Shown piece after piece: positions 7,698 to 11,481 of a stretch of DNA of 11,481 bases. Source of the stretch: an uncultured Dehalococcoidia bacterium (GTDB lineage: Bacteria; Chloroflexota; Dehalococcoidia; Lucifugimonadales; UBA3495); contig CATMOE010000087.1 of assembly GCA_950072105.1 (NCBI GenBank), forward strand, positions 1 through 11,481. The letters are read 5' to 3'. The notes under the pieces were generated by a model. The model was not told the origin of the DNA. It saw only the letters and a program-made list of their open reading frames with translations, and searched no databases. Positions within the stretch are counted from its first letter, which is position 1. Every line of letters starts with the position of its first letter. Position numbers and translations under genes: made by a program.

Positions 7698-7772
7698 CAC
7701 CCCCCATCCTAACCTTCCCTCGCAAGGGGGGACGGGATTTGTTCCCCGATTGCATCGGGGTTAGAGAGGGTG
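7698..7772. repeat. Family C-like inverted doublet whose right arm carries the CCCCGAT-TGC-ATCGGGG palindrome
   Basis: CACCCCCCATCCTAACCTTCCCTCGCAAGGGGGGACGGGA (7698-7737), then CCCCGATTGCATCGGGG (7744-7760) and TTAGAGAGGGTG (reverse complement CACCCTCTCTAA). Confidence 0.6.
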
Positions 7773-7788
7773 TTCTATCGGGAGTCTG

Positions 7789-8570
7789 ATGCAACTTGAA
7801 GGGAAGGCTGCCCTGGTCACTGGCGCTGGACGTGGGTTAGGCCGCAGCATCGCGTTGGCTTACGCCCAAGAGGGAGCCGACGTGGCGATCATATCCCGAA
7901 CGCCCACCGAATTGGACCAAGTGGCGGAGGAGATTCGGGCGTTGGGGCGCCATGGTCTGGTCATAACCGCCGACTTGACGGATAGCCAACAGACCTACCG
8001 GGCGGTTCAAGAAGCCATCGACGGCCTGGGCCATCTGGATATCCTGGTCAACAACGCCGGGGGATACCGCCTATTTACCGATGACCTGGCCCACGCCGTT
8101 CCCTTCCTGGAGCTGTCAGGAGAGGTGTGGCACCGGGTGATGTCCTCAAACCTGACCACTGCCTTTCTTTGCTGCAAAGCGGTCCTGCCACATATGGTGG
8201 AGCGGGGCAGCGGGGCGATAATCAACATGAGTTCCGGAACCGTAGCCAGCAAAGGCCGTGCCGGGCAGGCTGCCTATTGCGCTTCCAAGGCAGCCTTGGA
8301 AAGCCTCAGCGAGTCCATCGCCGAAGACGTAAAAGAGTACGGCATAGCGGTGAATATTCTGAGTCCCGGTTGGGTCCTGACCAAGCCCAACGACGACTAC
8401 GATTCCGAGGTCCACAAGCGGATGCGTTTGCCAGACGATATCGCCCGTCCGCCATTCACCTGGCTCTGCAAACGCCCGAGACGATGACCGGCCAGTCGGT
8501 GAACGCGCCGGAATTTGACGAAGAGCAGGGGATTCACCGGCCCTCGGCTTACGACCGGCTTTACACGTAG
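7789..8570 (+). pseudogene. Classical SDR (FabG-like oxidoreductase) with a single-base frameshift near 8443-8446 (real lesion or assembly error)
   Basis: TGAGRGLG, LVNNAG, catalytic S and YCASK are in frame 7789. The typical SDR C-terminus PSAIHLALQTPETMTGQSVN continues in the -1 frame to TAG 8570. Confidence 0.8.
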
Positions 8571-8634
8571 GGGTAAGGGTGGGGGTCCGGGGCGTCACAG
8601 AGGTCTAGCTGAAGCCAAAACGCCGACAGGAGTT

Positions 8635-8731
8635 TGTCATTCCGATCCTTCGGTGGAAGGAGAGGAATCTCATGTTGTTCCCAGTACAAACCTCAGATTC
8701 CTCGCCGCCTTCGGCTGGTGTCGGAATGACA
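8635..8731. repeat. REP doublet (family B: TGTCATTCCGA...GAGGAATCT / AGATTCCTC...TCGGAATGACA) between convergent genes
   Basis: Perfect inverted pairs 8635-8645/8721-8731 and 8662-8670/8695-8703. Each arm has its own internal hairpin. A degenerate CGTCATT...AATGACG follows at 8757-8784. Confidence 0.8.
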
Positions 8732-8810
8732 GGTTGAGGGCGGGTGTACAGGATGGCGTCATTGGGAGTGAGCACGGAATGACGTCTACAGTTTCTGCGT
8801 TAACCGCTTA

Positions 8811-9020
8811 CTAACTACTCGCCTGCCCTATATAGGCGTCTGGGCCGGCCAGGAACTTGGTCCGGCAATCTAGGCTGCAGAAGTAGTACCAAGTACCGTT
8901 GTGAAAGCTCCGGGTGCCCATATTGGGGTTAACCTCGGTCGCGCCGTGCCTGGTTTGGCCGGTTTCGGCACGGGCTCCGGCTTCATCAATCTCTATCCCG
9001 CAAACGGGGTCTGTGGGCAT
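8811..9020 (-). CDS. YHS/TRASH domain small protein
   Basis: 69 aa, DPVCG...GTWYYFCSLDCRTKFLAGPDAY, with AGGAG SD upstream. Confidence 0.85.
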   Translation of the reverse strand: MPTDPVCGIEIDEAGARAETGQTRHGATEVNPNMGTRSFHNGTWYYFCSLDCRTKFLAGPDAYIGQASS

Positions 9021-9060
9021 AATGTATTCTCCTATTCGCGATGGGGGCGCGCCGGTAGGT

Positions 9061-10236
9061 TCAGGGAACCGGTTCCAGGTTCATTCCCAACCGCACCCGG
9101 CCCGGCTGGTCCAGCAGTGCCCTGGCAATCTTGGACCGGTGCTCGAAGCTGGTACCCAGACGCATGGTCCATGAGGTAACCCGCCGGAACCAAAGGTGGA
9201 GGTCGAACTCCATCATGAATCCGATGCCACCGTGGATCACCTGAGAAGAGCGCACCACGGCTTCGCACTTGTCGTTACAGAAGGATTTGGCCTGGGAGAT
9301 CTCGATCGAAGATGGCAACCCCTGGTCCATCTTCCAAAGAGCCTCGTAGGTCAATAGTTGCGCGCCGTCTACCCACAGGATCATGTCGGCGCAGAGGTGT
9401 TGGATGGACTGGAAGGAGCCTATGGGCCTGCCGAAGGCCGCCCGGTTCTTGGCGTACTCGATGCCCATCTCGGCGTCTTTCCTAGTGGCCCCCACCATCT
9501 GGGCGCACAGTAACACGGTCGCCCGGTCAATCATGGCCTGAATCACGGGCCATCCCTGATTAACCTGGCCTATCAGATCGGATCTGGGAACGCTTACGTT
9601 GTCGAAGATCACCTGGCTCTGCTTATCTCTGGCTATGGCTGTCAGTGGGACGTTAGAGATGCCGGCGCTTCCGGTGTCCACAAGAAATAATGAGATGCCC
9701 TGATCGCCGTCCGAGGCCGATGCCGTCCTGCAGACTACCAAACACTTCTCGGCGGCGCCAAAGTTATCGACGAACATCTTGGTCCCGCTGATGACGAAGT
9801 TGTCACCCTGTTCTATGGCCGCGGTGGCAATAGTCTCGGGGAGGAACCGGGGGTCGCGTTCGGTCAACGCCCAAGTCAGGACCGTGTCGCCCGCGCAGAC
9901 TTTGGGCAGCACCGATTGCTTCTGTTCTTGGCTGCCGTCGGCGGCGATGGTCAACGCCGCGACCATGGTGCTATGGAAGGGGACGGGGGCGATGGCGCGG
10001 CCCACTTCCTCCATGATGATGCCCAAATACGTCAGAGGCAATCCCTGGCCGCCCAGGGATTCGGGGAGAGACATACCAAGCCATCCTAACTGGGCCATCT
10101 GACGCCACAGTTCGGGCGGGTAACCCAGGTCGTCTACTTCCATGGCTCGGGCCAGGCTGGGAGGACATTCGCCACCCAGAAACTCCCTGGCAGCGTTCTT
10201 CACCATTTCCTCTTCTTCGTTCAGAAGTACATCCAT
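9061..10236 (-). CDS. Acyl-CoA dehydrogenase, FadE27/ChsE5-like (probable non-catalytic subunit of a heteromeric ACAD)
   Basis: 391 aa with LGWLGMSLPESLGGQG, ISGTKMFV, YAKNRAAFGRPIGSFQSIQH and QVIHGGIGFMMEFDLHLWFRR. The usual EPxxGSD motif is degenerate (ALTERDP). Confidence 0.9.
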   Translation of the reverse strand: MDVLLNEEEEMVKNAAREFLGGECPPSLARAMEVDDLGYPPELWRQMAQLGWLGMSLPESLGGQGLPLTYLGIIMEEVGRAIAPVPFHSTMVAALTIAADGSQEQKQSVLPKVCAGDTVLTWALTERDPRFLPETIATAAIEQGDNFVISGTKMFVDNFGAAEKCLVVCRTASASDGDQGISLFLVDTGSAGISNVPLTAIARDKQSQVIFDNVSVPRSDLIGQVNQGWPVIQAMIDRATVLLCAQMVGATRKDAEMGIEYAKNRAAFGRPIGSFQSIQHLCADMILWVDGAQLLTYEALWKMDQGLPSSIEISQAKSFCNDKCEAVVRSSQVIHGGIGFMMEFDLHLWFRRVTSWTMRLGTSFEHRSKIARALLDQPGRVRLGMNLEPVP

Positions 10237-10262
10237 GCTAATTCCTCAAGAGATTTTGGCGC

Positions 10263-10290
10263 GGCGGCGGCAAAGCGCGCTGCCGCTGCC
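10263..10290. other. GC-rich hairpin upstream of the second ACAD start
   Basis: GGCGGCGGCA / TGCCGCTGCC 10-bp stem with one wobble or mismatch and no U-tract. Confidence 0.35.
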
Positions 10291-10315
10291 CTCGGAATAA
10301 CAGTTTTTACGCCGG

Positions 10316-10420
10316 GTCCTTCGACAAGTCCGACTTTGGCGAGACTCGCGACCCTTAGTCGGAGCTCAGGACGAACGGTTCAATTAGACCTTTCCGTTCG
10401 TGGTGAGCCTGTCGAACCAC
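10316..10420. repeat. REP doublet (family A) copy 3, left arm interrupted by a 36-nt hairpin insertion
   Basis: GTCCTTCGACAAG[10329-10364 insert]CTCAGGACGAACGG (to 10378), a 15-nt spacer, then CCGTTCGTGGTGAGCCTGTCGAACCAC (10394-10420). It begins 10 nt after the minus-strand stop at 10431. Confidence 0.88.
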
Positions 10421-10430
10421 TTGCTCGATC

Positions 10431-11481
10431 CTAACCGCGGGGGAGACCCAGTCCCCGGCGGGCTATCTGGTCTCTCATTACCTGTACGCTGCCATGGTTG
10501 ATGCCCGACTGGAAGGACCCCAACAGGTTGTGGGCGAACAAACCGTGTTCGATGGCCTCTTCCGAGGTACTCATGAGCTGAGCGTAAGGCCCTAGGATCT
10601 GGGAAATGGTTTCAGTGGTCCGGACGCCGTGTTCCGGAGCCCAGACCTTTTCCGCCGCCCCTTCGTAGGTAAAGGTGTCACCCCGTTCCATCAGCGACAT
10701 GCTGCGCATGGTCATCAGGCGGCAAACCTGGGCTTCGATCCATAGCTCTGCCAGGCGGTCCCGGATGGCCGGGTCTTGGGACACATCATGGCCGCCCAGG
10801 TCGTTGTCTTTGGCCCAGTTGATGATGTCCTCGTCCCGTCGAACCGAGATCAGGTATCTACTGGCCCCGACACGGTCCAGGTTGAGGCCCATCGCGCCTA
10901 CGTACCAACCCTGGTTCTCTTCGCCTAACATACACGTTGCCGGTACTCTGACGTCTTCAAAGAAAGTCTCGTTGGTCCTACGCTGACCGTAGGTCGTACC
11001 GATGGGAGCCGGAGGGTCGTTCTGGATGGTCCATAGAGGGCGAACCGTGATGCCTGGAGTGTTCATCGGGAAGATGAAGATGGAGATCCCACGGTGCTTG
11101 GGCGCGTCTGGGTCCGTGCGAGCCATCAGGTAGATATGGCTGGCGTAGTGGGCCGAGGATGTGTACATTTTCTGGCCGTTGATCACGAAGTCGTCTCCGT
11201 CTCGCACTGCCCGGCATTGAAGACTCGCCAGGTCAGCTCCGGCTTGTGGTTCGGTGAATCCCAGGGCCAGCGTGATCTCTCCGCTAATAAGTCCGGGAAG
11301 CAAGGTTTTCTTCTGTTCTTCAGTTCCAGCGGCGAGGATCGCCGGTGCGCCGCTGCCTGCCCCGCCGACGCCGACGCCGATCCTGGAGAACTCCTCCTCG
11401 ACGATGTACTGGTCGATGCGGCTGCCGTCCTGGCCGCCGTACTCCTTGGGCCAACTGATGCCGACCCATCCCTTGGCGGCA
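10431..11481 (-). CDS. Acyl-CoA dehydrogenase, FadE26/FadE29-like; 5' end outside the window
   Basis: The frame stays open beyond the track's 11303 start to the window edge (AAKGWVGISWPKEYGGQ...GTEEQKKTLLP). Motifs FTEPQAGADLASL, INGQKMYTS, KHRGISIF, NETFFEDVRVP and RDQIARRGLGLP. Confidence 0.92.
   Translation of the reverse strand, partial: AAKGWVGISWPKEYGGQDGSRIDQYIVEEEFSRIGVGVGGAGSGAPAILAAGTEEQKKTLLPGLISGEITLALGFTEPQAGADLASLQCRAVRDGDDFVINGQKMYTSSAHYASHIYLMARTDPDAPKHRGISIFIFPMNTPGITVRPLWTIQNDPPAPIGTTYGQRRTNETFFEDVRVPATCMLGEENQGWYVGAMGLNLDRVGASRYLISVRRDEDIINWAKDNDLGGHDVSQDPAIRDRLAELWIEAQVCRLMTMRSMSLMERGDTFTYEGAAEKVWAPEHGVRTTETISQILGPYAQLMSTSEEAIEHGLFAHNLLGSFQSGINHGSVQVMRDQIARRGLGLPRG

Noticed and set aside
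8127..8570. Independent 147-aa CDS or programmed ribosomal frameshift
   Set aside because: Only the last about 41 aa are SDR-like and there is no slippery sequence; a 1-nt deletion explains it.
8515..8814. 99-aa ORF across the SDR-YHS gap
   Set aside because: Mostly translated family B repeat sequence, with no SD or domain features.
4428..10420. CRISPR array interpretation of the TTCGACAAGCTCA repeats
   Set aside because: The copies are dispersed inverted pairs, not tandem direct repeats with 30-40 nt spacers, and there are no cas genes.

Overview
GC-rich bacterial catabolic region with no RNA genes, transposases or CRISPR arrays. The gene style (multiple luciferase-like monooxygenases, SDRs, paired FadE-type ACADs) suggests SAR202/Dehalococcoidia-like Chloroflexota; this is inference only. 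Two divergent operons start from sigma70-like promoters at about 4336-4561. The leftward operon encodes an extended SDR, an HSL-family esterase, an LLM monooxygenase and an amidohydrolase (partial). The rightward operon encodes an LLM monooxygenase, a 168-aa hypothetical protein, an alpha/beta hydrolase, a VOC protein and an SDR with a 1-nt frameshift. A convergent operon carries a FadE26/27-like acyl-CoA dehydrogenase pair and a YHS protein. The most notable item is the 168-aa ORF 2 nt behind the second LLM gene: by eye it resembles the vertical single jelly-roll major capsid proteins of P23-77/SH1-type viruses, yet no other viral genes are present. The intergenic spacers carry at least three families of REP-like palindromes. 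One forms rigid doublets with a 15-nt spacer and covarying stems, and several copies have other hairpin cassettes swapped or inserted into their loops.
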